DNA of 64,000 nt, taken from Escherichia phage A51.2. The translations under genes and the position numbers were made by a program. Numbering within the stretch: position 1 is the stretch's first letter; every line of letters starts with the position of its first letter. Shown one piece after another: positions 36,140-45,361 of the stretch. The notes beneath the pieces were generated by a model, which made no database searches, was not told the origin of the DNA, and saw only the letters and a program-made list of their open reading frames with translations. The DNA lies in the sequence record ON286973. One strand, 5' to 3'.

Positions 36140-36400
36140 TTGATGAAGATTAAACTGAAAAACCTTGAAATGGCAGAGATTCAGGATGGTGTTGATTTCC
36201 GCTCTAAAGATGGTGACATCTTGGAGGTAAATCTTCCAACCTACGAGCTGATTAAAGGTTTTGGCAACGTTCAGGAAGAGGATATTCCAGAAACTCTTAT
36301 GATGTTGATTCTTGACGGAACTGTGTTTGTAGGTGAAGGTGAGAACGCTATTGCAATCCCCGGCCATTTTTATGAAGTAGTTGACGAAGAGGTGCTGTAA
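36140..36400 (+). CDS. Small acidic protein, paralog family A (MMKIKLKNL ... VVDEEVL)
   Basis: Family A signatures. Confidence 0.45.
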   Translation: MMKIKLKNLEMAEIQDGVDFRSKDGDILEVNLPTYELIKGFGNVQEEDIPETLMMLILDGTVFVGEGENAIAIPGHFYEVVDEEVL

Positions 36401-36751
36401 ATGAAAGTAGAAATTACTGGTTTTGATGTTAGTGTGGTTCCGGAAGATATTTTAGCTAACTTACCGGAAGGTTTTGGTAACGGTGTTGTGGTGGATGCTG
36501 TTCCTCCTACCAAAGACATTCTGCTGCAGTATGGTGTAGCAGAGGAAGATGTCGATAAAGTTCTTACAATGATGGCAATCGATCGTGTTGTCGTTGTTAA
36601 AGGTCTCGATAATTTTGAGAGTGATCCTCTGATTATTCGCGGAGATGACTACAAAATCATCGATAATGAAGGCCAAGAGTTCTATGAGCCTTGTGCAGAA
36701 GATATTCTTAACTTATTACTGGAAGCAGGCACCGAAGAGGAGGACGAATAA
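36401..36751 (+). CDS. Small acidic protein, paralog family A (MKVEITGF ... acidic tail)
   Basis: Family A signatures. Confidence 0.45.
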   Translation: MKVEITGFDVSVVPEDILANLPEGFGNGVVVDAVPPTKDILLQYGVAEEDVDKVLTMMAIDRVVVVKGLDNFESDPLIIRGDDYKIIDNEGQEFYEPCAEDILNLLLEAGTEEEDE

Positions 36752-37080
36752 TGAAGATTGACCCGTTACTGAAGGCTCGTGCAGAAAAAGCGTACACCAT
36801 TAAGCTGACCAACCTGGTTCCTACTTGTCATCCAGATGTAGGTTGGCCCGAAGGTTTGGTGGAGGGAACTGTAACAGCTGCATACCTTCCTAACATCAAA
36901 TACCTTATGGAAATCTTGGAGCTGGATGAGGAAACGGCAGAAGAGTTACAGTTGGACATGAAACAAAGTGGGACTCTGGTTATTCACGGGTGGTATAATA
37001 CTAAAGATGCAGAAGACCCTCTGGTAACTTCTAATCTGGCATATGAAATCTTAGGACCTTTGAACCTGGAGGAAGACTAA
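36751..37080 (+). CDS. Small acidic protein (family A-like)
   Basis: ORF, acidic. Confidence 0.4.
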   Translation: MKIDPLLKARAEKAYTIKLTNLVPTCHPDVGWPEGLVEGTVTAAYLPNIKYLMEILELDEETAEELQLDMKQSGTLVIHGWYNTKDAEDPLVTSNLAYEILGPLNLEED

Positions 37081-37367
37081 TGAAAGATTTGGTTAAGATT
37101 AAGATTAAAGATACCAATGGAGAACTCAGCCATTTTGGAATTAAGGATGGTGACGAGCTGATCGCACACTTGCCTACTAAGGAGGTTGTAAGCAAAGCAG
37201 TTGCCGGAGAAGAAGCTGCAATGCAGGCTGCAGGTGTGGATGAAAACTATGTAGCTATGTGCATGTGCCGAGATCAGGTTGTTCTGTATAAAGCGTATCG
37301 ACCAAACGGAGCCACGGAGTGGCTTGTATTCCGACCCGAAGGATATGAAATCTTAGAGGCACTATGA
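37080..37367 (+). CDS. Small acidic protein (family A-like; MKDLVKIKIKD ... EILEAL)
   Basis: ORF. Confidence 0.4.
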   Translation: MKDLVKIKIKDTNGELSHFGIKDGDELIAHLPTKEVVSKAVAGEEAAMQAAGVDENYVAMCMCRDQVVLYKAYRPNGATEWLVFRPEGYEILEAL

Positions 37368-37456
37368 TAAATCTTGCCAAGGTTGCAACGGCACTGTTAA
37401 TTATTTGCTGGTCTGTAACCTTAACACTGTGTCTTGTATTTCAGTGAGGTGCTTGT

Positions 37457-37720
37457 ATGAACATCCTGATGTGGGTTATAGCAGTGGCGTTTGTTGCATG
37501 TTTTTGCTGCTGGGTTGCGGTGAGGATTTCTGTAGCTACCCTTCGGAAGTTGGGGTTCTCAGAATGGGATATTAATATCCTTTCTTTTCGCAATGAAACA
37601 ATCTCAGCCGCCCTGCTTTGTAAGAAATTCAAGTGGGAACCTTGTGAGGTCATGAGCTATCTAAGAACAGGCGATATCCCTGAAAGATTTAAAAAAGTTC
37701 TTGACGGCAAGGATAAATGA
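37457..37720 (+). CDS. Small membrane protein
   Basis: N-terminal transmembrane segment ILMWVIAVAFVACFCCWVAV. Confidence 0.4.
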   Translation: MNILMWVIAVAFVACFCCWVAVRISVATLRKLGFSEWDINILSFRNETISAALLCKKFKWEPCEVMSYLRTGDIPERFKKVLDGKDK

Positions 37721-37875
37721 CAGTATAGTGACTAACAAGAGGTGAGGAGTGACTGATTTTACTGAAGCTTTAATGATGGCCTTGTCTGTTTTAGCGCTAT
37801 CGGTGTGTTTTGGGGCGTTATTCACATCTCTGGTTAAAGTTTTACATACAGTATTATTACCCAAGGAGCGCAGTA

Positions 37876-38127
37876 ATGACGAAGATTGACTTGAATGCTG
37901 GTGATCATGTTGTTGTCAAATGCATTGGAGATTATCTTGGATTCACAATCGGCAATACTTACGAGGCGGTAGTGGCGAAGGTTTATCATGATAAAGTCCT
38001 CAGTCTTGTATTTGACTGCGATGATGATGGGGATGACCGATACGTCTGTGAGGTGCTGGCACGAGACGATAGTGAAGACCAGAAATTCCTGGTTATTGAA
38101 CTGAACGGTATTTTTGTAGAACGTTAA
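37876..38127 (+). CDS. Hypothetical protein
   Basis: ORF; start refined to ATG 37876 after AAGGAG. Confidence 0.4.
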   Translation: MTKIDLNAGDHVVVKCIGDYLGFTIGNTYEAVVAKVYHDKVLSLVFDCDDDGDDRYVCEVLARDDSEDQKFLVIELNGIFVER

Positions 38128-38155
38128 TTTAAAACAACATAAGGAGACTCTTACT

Positions 38156-38461
38156 ATGGCTAAATCTAAAGTTGAACTGTTCACCTCTCTTCCTTCTGAC
38201 ACTGCAGAACGTGATCGCCTTCGCAAAACAATTGAAGAACTGGTGGAACTCCAGCTTCAGATTAAAGATTTGAAAGATGCCATCAAGGATATCATTCTTG
38301 TTGAGAAGCAGGATCATCTGTATTCTCCTAAATTCATCAAATCTCTGGTGGCTACCGAGTTCGATATTCGATATGAGGCTGAAAAACGTCGAGCTAAAAT
38401 CGAAGAAGAGGTTGAGCACATGTCTGAGGCAGACATTCTGTTCAAACGCTCTGTAGAATAA
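38156..38461 (+). CDS. Hypothetical coiled-coil protein
   Basis: ORF. Confidence 0.4.
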   Translation: MAKSKVELFTSLPSDTAERDRLRKTIEELVELQLQIKDLKDAIKDIILVEKQDHLYSPKFIKSLVATEFDIRYEAEKRRAKIEEEVEHMSEADILFKRSVE

Positions 38462-38467
38462 TGACAA

Positions 38468-38495
38468 AGAGGGGGGCTTAGGCCCCTCTTTTTAC
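38468..38495 (+). terminator. Rho-independent terminator AGAGGGGGGC-TTA-GGCCCCTCT plus TTTTT
   Basis: Read directly. Confidence 0.7.
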
Positions 38496-38516
38496 TATCC
38501 ATGAAGGAGACTTGAG

Positions 38517-38849
38517 ATGGGTATACCGATCACTGTAAAAGAATTGAATGAACGTGATGCAGGTGGTCTATGGCCTGCACGAAAAATACACTGCATCCGT
38601 ATGAAAGAGAACCTTCAGCATCTTGAGCAACAGAAACGGATTGAGGTTGGTGATATTTTCGAAGTATTTTATTCTGATCGCCGTAACTGGGAAACCATTC
38701 AACCTTCCGGTTTTGTTCTTGCTAAGCTTGACACTGGAGAAGTGATTGTTCCTGGGTTGGATATTGTCTTCGAAATTATACAGGAGTGGGATCCGGACAA
38801 GATTAGATACGAAGAGCTATTCGGTGAAGGTATTATCAAACCTGTGTGA
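38517..38849 (+). CDS. Hypothetical protein
   Basis: ORF after AAGGAGA. Confidence 0.4.
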   Translation: MGIPITVKELNERDAGGLWPARKIHCIRMKENLQHLEQQKRIEVGDIFEVFYSDRRNWETIQPSGFVLAKLDTGEVIVPGLDIVFEIIQEWDPDKIRYEELFGEGIIKPV

Positions 38850-39157
38850 GGTGGATTATGTCTACAAAGGCGGCTAAATACTCCTATATGCCATCAACCT
38901 CTGCAGAGGTAGACTTTAGTTTCGATGTGTTTCCACTGTTTGAGGTGGTTCTGGCATACCCAACAATACTATCTACTCCTGAATCACTTGTGCCTGTTAA
39001 GTTGCAGAACGCTATGCATTCCATGCACTACAACAACAAATGTAGGCACAGATGGTGTCAGGACGAGGAAAAAGATTTGGATAGTTTGAGAGATTTTGAC
39101 AGTCACCTTTTGACACCTTTCAGCTACTCCAACCTTGATAAGCCCTCGTGGGTATAG
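38846..39157 (+). CDS. Hypothetical protein
   Basis: ORF. Confidence 0.4.
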   Translation: MRWIMSTKAAKYSYMPSTSAEVDFSFDVFPLFEVVLAYPTILSTPESLVPVKLQNAMHSMHYNNKCRHRWCQDEEKDLDSLRDFDSHLLTPFSYSNLDKPSWV

Positions 39158-39370
39158 CAAAATATCAAATTTAAGACACCTAGAACGCTCTGTGGCGTCC
39201 TTTTCTTTATCTGGTGCACGATTGCATACCTTGGGTAGTTAATTTCATTACAGAGCGTTTAAGAGCTCCCTACAAACAACCCCATATTTCGAGCGTAGCG
39301 AGAACGCACGTCCGTTTTGACCCAAATCACCATACGCTCGGATTTTAACCAAACCCTCGCGGCGTTTCTG

Positions 39371-39399
39371 TTGACACATTACCGATCCAGTGATAGTAT
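39371..39399 (+). promoter_or_regulatory. Sigma70-like promoter, TTGACA-17bp-TAGTAT
   Basis: Read directly. Confidence 0.45.
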
Positions 39400-39419
39400 C
39401 CACACATCGTTTGGAGAAT

Positions 39420-39521
39420 ATGGGATACACAATGAAAACATTGTCAGAGGTTTTGGTGGTGATCCTGATGATCATTACGTCCATAGTGGCTGTTGCCGGA
39501 ATACTCACGGGTGGAACATGA
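39420..39521 (+). CDS. Small membrane peptide, 33 aa (MGYTMKTLSEVLVVILMIITSIVAVAGILTGGT)
   Basis: Promoter and GGAGA RBS upstream; the long track ORFs 39317..39730 (+) and 39248..39589 (-) overlap it in other frames. Confidence 0.3.
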   Translation: MGYTMKTLSEVLVVILMIITSIVAVAGILTGGT

Positions 39522-39851
39522 TAAACACACATGCATCTGAAGAGACATCCAAAGGAGTGACTATATGTCCCTTGACTGAGCCAGTGCAAGAGGAAAACTT
39601 CGATTCTGAAGATTCTTCATCTTCGCTCCAGGTAGATCCTGAGGCTGATGACCTGACGTGGGAAGACATCGTAGATATCTGGTTCTCTATTATGCCTGAG
39701 CACGAAGAGTTCAGGGGTGGTAGACTATGAAGCACCGAGCCCACACAGGTTCCTCATGCTGAAGCATGGCCTGAAGAGGCAAACGTGCATAATTCCTGTG
39801 CATCGGAACGTATAAAACCCTGTTCACACTCTCATTTCCAGAGGAGATTTC

Positions 39852-40067
39852 ATGAAGATAGAAATATTTGGTGGAGCTGACAACACTCGTGGCCTGATTT
39901 ACCTTGAATTCGATGAATCATACCTGCCAGAGGTGTTAAATATAGACTCTGTTGCTGATGCTTTGGGAGTAAGTCCTAAAGATCTCTACTCTGGTGCTGA
40001 GATTGATGGTTGGGAGGAGACCATGAACATTGATTTCAGTGAAGTAGAGGATGAACCGCTGGACTGA
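39852..40067 (+). CDS. Small acidic protein, paralog family A (MKIEIFGG ... VEDEPLD)
   Basis: AGAGGAG RBS; family A N-terminus. Confidence 0.45.
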   Translation: MKIEIFGGADNTRGLIYLEFDESYLPEVLNIDSVADALGVSPKDLYSGAEIDGWEETMNIDFSEVEDEPLD

Positions 40068-40194
40068 CGCACAATTAGCTGCCCGGCCAAAGTGCTGGAA
40101 GCACCTATAACACATCTTTCAACTAAATTTCCCACCACCACAATCACTTACCTTCCACACATGACTGTTTGCTTGTTTAGTGAGCAGTCATGCC

Positions 40195-40222
40195 TTGACA
40201 TTCTTGCCTATCCTGATAAAAT
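40195..40222 (+). promoter_or_regulatory. Sigma70-like promoter, TTGACA-16bp-TAAAAT, inside the ORF-free region
   Basis: Read directly; preceded by inverted repeat CATGACTG ... CAGTCATG. Confidence 0.4.
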
Positions 40223-41588
40223 TAAGTTCTTCTCTTTTCTTTTACCGAGTAATTCGGGTTTTCTGTTCTCTTCGGTTTGAAGGGGTATAGAGATACACCT
40301 GAGTGAACAGGGTGAACAACCGAACCATTAGCTATGGCATTAGCATGGCGAAGCGGACGGGTGACGAAAGAGGGGCCGGAGGACACCAGTCACTGCCATA
40401 TGATATATGGGTGATAACCTGAAGAGTCTGAATAAGTGTTTAAGTACCAGTCAGAGGAAAAGGTGAATGGTAGCCGAAGGGGGGAGGGGGGTTTCTTGTA
40501 TCTTTAATTTGTATATTATGTATACACTTGTAAACCAATCTAATCTGAATCTGTTTACCACACAAAGCGGATAGAGACAAATATTGCCTATTAAACTTGA
40601 ATTATTTATAGAAAATACCACAACACCCCTTAAGTCTTTGATTTTACACACAAATCCTACAGATATTCAACCTCCATATTTAACATACTTGTAACATATT
40701 CCATACTCTACCTGCCTGATCAATTTCCCCAACTACATTCTCATATTTCCCCTGTCTGTACTACCCTGCCCCACCGGGAGTCCCGTCATATCTGGCTTTC
40801 CAGCAAATATCACACCCACAAATATCATGCCTGAAGAGGGTTTCATCCCATAATACCTGCCTTGCCTGAAGAGCGCTTCATACACCACGTAAATTTTTTA
40901 ATTGACCTCCCCTGCCCCGCCGGAGAGGTTGGCTTTTCCCACACAGACCTGGAGAGTCAGCCAGAAATATCTGAATAGGCCCAGTTCTACCACGATTTTG
41001 ACCTGACCTACAGGAGCGCTGCCAGGCGGACGAAATGGGAATACTTCTCATTCTTATAACAATTCTCAAATATCGAGGCAGTGAGGCAAATTAATAGGCC
41101 AGGCCGTTCACACAGTGGCACAACATTTGCAACCTATCTTGTGGGGTGAATGAGAATACCTATCATTGTGAGAACCATTATCATTACGGGCAATTTAACA
41201 TAATACCCATTATGCGCACCACTGGCGATCCATACAGGGATTGATAACACGAGTTACAGTTTACGCATATAACAATCATATTTCTTACTATTTGTGTGGG
41301 ATATAGTTAGCAGCCGATAGATTAGATATTGACCTGTGGACTTCCAACCGTCTAGACGTCTAAGCGCCCACACAACAAGGCTTATACATACATTACTGAA
41401 TGTAAACAGGGCCGCAAAAATGCTACCATACCAGTTTGTAAATTTTTCATGCAGCACTTGACAAAGAGGAGGAAAACTTGTCTGACACAATGTCACACAA
41501 TATGACACAATAACGGCTGTTACCATTCCATATCTCACTGTTTACGCATAGACTGTTTACGCCTGGATAGTTTACACAGATATGATAA

Positions 41589-41885
41589 GCCATGCCATTC
41601 GTTTGCATGAAAACAATTAACAAGATAACAATCGACAAGTTAATAATCTTTCGCTGGCTATGCCAGGTGACTAGGTCACCCCTTCGGGCGTTCCTATGAC
41701 ATAATATAAAAGCAGGGCAACTATTAGCAGATCTATAGTTGCCTTGCTTGTTATGTCATGATTAACTAAATACAAGGCAACTATGATCTGATTAATAGTT
41801 TGCAGACAAACTATCACGGGGGTGATGGTTACTGCTTTTATATTATGTCGCGACTCCGTCGCGCCATGCCATTCGTTTGCATAGT
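41589..41885. repeat. Composite repeat: 20-bp direct repeats GCCATGCCATTCGTTTGCAT (41589 and 41865) flanking nested inverted repeats (CATAATATAAAAGCAG/CTGCTTTTATATTATG; GGCAACTAT/ATAGTTGCC; GGTGAC-TAG-GTCACC; CGCGAC/GTCGCG)
   Basis: Read directly. Confidence 0.7.
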
Positions 41886-42494
41886 TGCCTTATTGTTATG
41901 AATAAAACAATTGCATTGTTAATGATTTCTTATCTTTCTATTAGTCATCTAATGATTTCAGTCAGGATAGTAATGTACAGTAAACATTAGACGACTAAAG
42001 ATTTCTCTGTTTATGATAACCTATCGTGACAATTTCGGACTGTTTACGAAAAATGTTGACACCTGAGCTGATTTATGTTATGCAGTTTACACGAATAATT
42101 ATTTTATACAGGTATTGACTATTCTGTTATTCTATGGTTGGAATAAATACTTAGCAGACTATAGAATGGTGAGCGTACGTAAATTCTGAGATCTGGCGGC
42201 TATAGTTATACTCGATTTTTCACGTAGAACGCGCTTTTGTGGTTATGTAAGTGTATGACTTATAAGAATTTTTATTTGTTGACAAGATATTGAAGATGTG
42301 CATCAGGTTAAAATTTGTGCAATAGCGGCATTACGTGCAATTTTGAGGGAGAAAACGGGTAAAAATGGCCCTGCTACCACACAATGAAAAATTATGCAAT
42401 AGTTATTTTATATGTATGTTTGTACAGTGTGTGGGATTGATGGCTAGTCAATTATTCCACTTGCCAGGCTGGGCCGTTTGTGGTAGGGGGAAGA

Positions 42495-42523
42495 GCAGAC
42501 AAAAAGAAAGGGGCCTAAGCCCC
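42495..42523 (-). terminator. Rho-independent terminator for the minus-strand block: GGGGC-TTAG-GCCCC followed by UUUCUUUUUG (minus-strand sense)
   Basis: Read directly, just downstream of the minus gene ending at 42544. Confidence 0.7.
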
Positions 42524-42543
42524 TTGATAATTCAGTTAAAAAA

Positions 42544-42963
42544 TTATAATGATTCGTATATTTCATAGATTCGATTTGCCAGGTCGTTACGATAACGAAA
42601 TTTTTCATCACGTTTGATCATCAGATCCTTAAATCCATATTCTTTAAGCACTTCATTAACTTTATAGCGGCATACCTTCATATTATCCTGAGCGTCACCG
42701 ATAAACTTGTTGCTATGATGCATGGCTTTGATCTCTTCCTCCAGGACCAGGGCAACTATGCGGACCGGATCAAGCTGATAGGCGGTAACATCCATGCGGC
42801 ATTGCAAACGGCTTTTTACGTCTGCCACCGGATATACTGCAACCTCTTCCCCGTCAACATTGACAATAATTAGTTTACCATCAATTTCAAAACCTTTCGC
42901 CGCCGGACCGTGACAAAAAGCGTTATCAAAGCTATATGCCGGATTATTAGATTTAATGTTCAT
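42544..42963 (-). CDS. Hypothetical protein
   Basis: 139-aa ORF. Confidence 0.45.
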   Translation of the reverse strand: MNIKSNNPAYSFDNAFCHGPAAKGFEIDGKLIIVNVDGEEVAVYPVADVKSRLQCRMDVTAYQLDPVRIVALVLEEEIKAMHHSNKFIGDAQDNMKVCRYKVNEVLKEYGFKDLMIKRDEKFRYRNDLANRIYEIYESL

Positions 42964-43109
42964 GGTGTTTTTACCTCTTAGTTAATTTTCTTACAACTTC
43001 CCTTCAAAAAAGAATATAGCAAAACTGCCGATCCTTGTCAACCAAGGATAGCATAATTTTTTATGTGATCAAGGGGCTTTATTGCCCCCCTGATCGTGCA
43101 ACTTGTTTA

Positions 43110-43373
43110 TTATTTGTTGCTCATCCAGTTTTCCCAGGCTGCCTGATAATCTGCCTCACTGCGGCGGATCTCTTCTTGTTCTTCAAGGCGGATCTCTTCT
43201 TCCAGGTACCCCAGTATATCGGCTTTTTTGGTCTGGCGTAGCATCCAGTCATCTTTTTTGCGGGTAAAGATCTTATAAGCTTTCTCGCAAACCTCTTTTT
43301 TGCTACCTTTCTGGACTTCAAGAACACGATAAGCCATATATTGAACTAGTTTGAGCTGGTCAAGACGTTTCAT
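43110..43373 (-). CDS. Hypothetical protein
   Basis: ORF; start refined to ATG 43373 after AGAGG. Confidence 0.4.
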   Translation of the reverse strand: MKRLDQLKLVQYMAYRVLEVQKGSKKEVCEKAYKIFTRKKDDWMLRQTKKADILGYLEEEIRLEEQEEIRRSEADYQAAWENWMSNK

Positions 43374-43434
43374 GATGTTTACCTCTTTATGCGGTTCTGG
43401 TTTGGTGGGCCTTTTGGCCCGTGTCATTATCTTA

Positions 43435-43707
43435 TTACTTATGGCGGCAGAATTCAAGCGTTTTTAATTGATAATCTTCCTCAGCCTGGAGTACTACCGC
43501 CTCGATCATTTCGTTGGCATTGTTAAAGCCATAACCTTTAGCGAACTCATCCGCGCCACCTTCGTGATCATGTTCTGCGTTCATCGCTTCCACAAAATGG
43601 AATTCCAAATTGTTGAGGTAGGGGCTTGATGTTCCGTCCTCTTTTTCGATGAGATCCCAAATAGCATTAAAACGTGATTCGACTTCTTGATTAATCCAGC
43701 TTGACAT
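43435..43707 (-). CDS. Hypothetical acidic protein
   Basis: ORF. Confidence 0.4.
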   Translation of the reverse strand: MSSWINQEVESRFNAIWDLIEKEDGTSSPYLNNLEFHFVEAMNAEHDHEGGADEFAKGYGFNNANEMIEAVVLQAEEDYQLKTLEFCRHK

Positions 43708-43928
43708 AGTGTTTTCCTCTCTCCTGGTTGTTGTGTGGGCACCTTTGCCCCTTCAAGATAAATGTTACCTCACCCCCATGGCAGATGTCAACGGTTTTTA
43801 TAGTTCTTATATGACAGGCAGGCCCGGTGATTGTCTCCCCCCTGTTCCCAAGTGCCGCCCGTTTAATAAGAATAACAAAAGGGGCCGAACAAGTCAACCC
43901 CAAAATCAGTACCAAAAACACTTTTTAT

Positions 43929-44240
43929 TTATACGGTCCGATCATTGGCCTTTGTCCAGGACCTGGCGATCCGTTTCCCGGTCACCTGGAACGGAGACTG
44001 CATTGTGTGTAATGAGTCCAGCGTAAGGGAGGACCGTTTACGGCGTATCTTCAGGATCGCTAACGTATTGTCCATCTCACGGCCAGGCCCTGGGCGGTAT
44101 GGTGTGCCTCCAGCGTTAAGGTTGATGATCTCATGTATTGAGATCCGGCGTTGTTTTGCTTCCGCATCTTTGAAGATAGCCAGCGGAGGCGCTATGCGTT
44201 GCCGATACCAATCTAAAACGGTTGGCGTAATAGCGATCAT
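43929..44240 (-). CDS. Hypothetical protein
   Basis: ORF; ATGA overlap with the upstream minus gene supports co-translation. Confidence 0.3.
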   Translation of the reverse strand: MIAITPTVLDWYRQRIAPPLAIFKDAEAKQRRISIHEIINLNAGGTPYRPGPGREMDNTLAILKIRRKRSSLTLDSLHTMQSPFQVTGKRIARSWTKANDRTV

Positions 44241-44428
44241 ATTTTACCCCCTATGTAGTCCGGTCGGTTTTTCTCTGTCATGCGCTTTAGCAATTCTTGC
44301 ATGTTACTTATGGCTTGTAGTGTATCCCCTTCCAGGCTTGAATCAACATAATCAGGATCGTCTATGACCTTTCTATGATTATGATAACGCAGTACTGCTA
44401 ATACCTTTCTAACTTGTTCGATATTCAT
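44237..44428 (-). CDS. Hypothetical protein
   Basis: ORF. Confidence 0.35.
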   Translation of the reverse strand: MNIEQVRKVLAVLRYHNHRKVIDDPDYVDSSLEGDTLQAISNMQELLKRMTEKNRPDYIGGKI

Positions 44429-44577
44429 TTTTACCGCTCTTTAAAACAAGGTGCCAACCGTTTCCAATAGATCACTGACCATCAGGACAATACTGATCAG
44501 CACATGCCTAACCATAAGGGGAAAGAGCGCCAGCGATCCCGCCACAATCCCCAAGGTGATGATTATCTTTCTCATGG

Positions 44578-44862
44578 TTAACGGTTTACGTAAGCTTTAC
44601 CGTTTACGGTGATGGGCAGATCTTCCAGGTCTGGATCTTCCTTAAGGTCGCGAGCAAGCTCACCGCACCGGATACCCTCGAATCCGTAGTACTCTGTTGT
44701 GCCGTCATTAAAAGTTTTAGCGGCAAGGCATAAGCGATAAGTAACCCCGATTTGATTGACGGCATGAATATCCGTTAGATTAACCTCTTTTGCCAGCTCT
44801 TTAGCCATTACAGGCGCATTAAGTCCAACAACCAGGGCAACCACTGCGATCATCTTTTTCAT
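44578..44862 (-). CDS. Secreted/periplasmic small protein with signal peptide
   Basis: MKKMIAVVALVVGLNAPVMA signal-peptide-like N-terminus. Confidence 0.45.
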   Translation of the reverse strand: MKKMIAVVALVVGLNAPVMAKELAKEVNLTDIHAVNQIGVTYRLCLAAKTFNDGTTEYYGFEGIRCGELARDLKEDPDLEDLPITVNGKAYVNR

Positions 44863-44953
44863 TGTGTCTATCCTCTTTCTGCTACGTTTAAGGCGGCGGT
44901 AACCGCCTGTTTATGCTTTGTTGGTTAATTTTCGGGTATCGGTATAAATTAAA

Positions 44954-45178
44954 CTATGCTGTACGCTCAACTATAACAACGGTTTGAGGGATCTCACCTT
45001 CCACCACTATCAAGGCCTTTTTCTGCGTGATGGATATCTTTACCCGTTGCAGCGTGGCGGTGAAGTCTTTCATTTCGTCACGTGGTGTTTTAGTGCAATA
45101 CCAGATCTCAGGCTTGCCGACCTGCAAGCCGCGCAAGAATTCCGTTTTACCTGTTTTATTCGTGATCATTTGATTCAC
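44954..45178 (-). CDS. Hypothetical protein
   Basis: ORF. Confidence 0.35.
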   Translation of the reverse strand: MNQMITNKTGKTEFLRGLQVGKPEIWYCTKTPRDEMKDFTATLQRVKISITQKKALIVVEGEIPQTVVIVERTA

Positions 45179-45182
45179 CTTA

Positions 45183-45286
45183 ACCGATACCGTGGGAAGA
45201 TAGGATCATGTTAGCCATAGTTGCAACCCATCCAACCGATAATGCCAGGCCAACTACTACAACCGTGAAAATTTTCTCTAACATGA
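45183..45286 (-). CDS. Small membrane peptide, about 34 aa (MLEKIFTVVVVGLALSVGWVATMANMILSSHGIG)
   Basis: Micro-ORF with one transmembrane segment; coordinates approximate. Confidence 0.25.
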
Positions 45287-45361
45287 TTCTACCCTCATTA
45301 ATGGCGGGAAGTATTCCCGCGCTATGTAGTACACTTTACCAGATTGTTGACTGTTGTCAAA

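Noticed and set aside
39248-39730. Overlapping long ORFs 39317..39730 (+, TTG start) and 39248..39589 (-)
   Set aside because: They overlap each other and a promoter/RBS-supported 33-aa membrane micro-ORF; a downstream acidic segment (from about 39508) could be a real small protein, but the long forms are not supported.
41589-41885. Interpretation as an active transposon or insertion sequence
   Set aside because: No transposase or integrase ORF is present in or near the element and the flanking repeats are too long for typical target-site duplications; kept only as a structured repeat or possible non-autonomous element.
40068-42543. tRNA gene cluster in the large ORF-free region, as seen in some large virulent phages
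   Set aside because: Reading the region found no T-arm GTTC(G/A)A(A/T)TC motif and no obvious cloverleaf-sized units; a covariance-model scan would still be needed to exclude tRNA or tmRNA-like genes.
43709-44367. Plus-strand track ORFs 43709..44026, 43827..44012 and 43945..44367
   Set aside because: They lie antisense to, or overlap, a minus-strand gene block and a GC-rich repeat element, and lack RBS context; treated as shadow ORFs.
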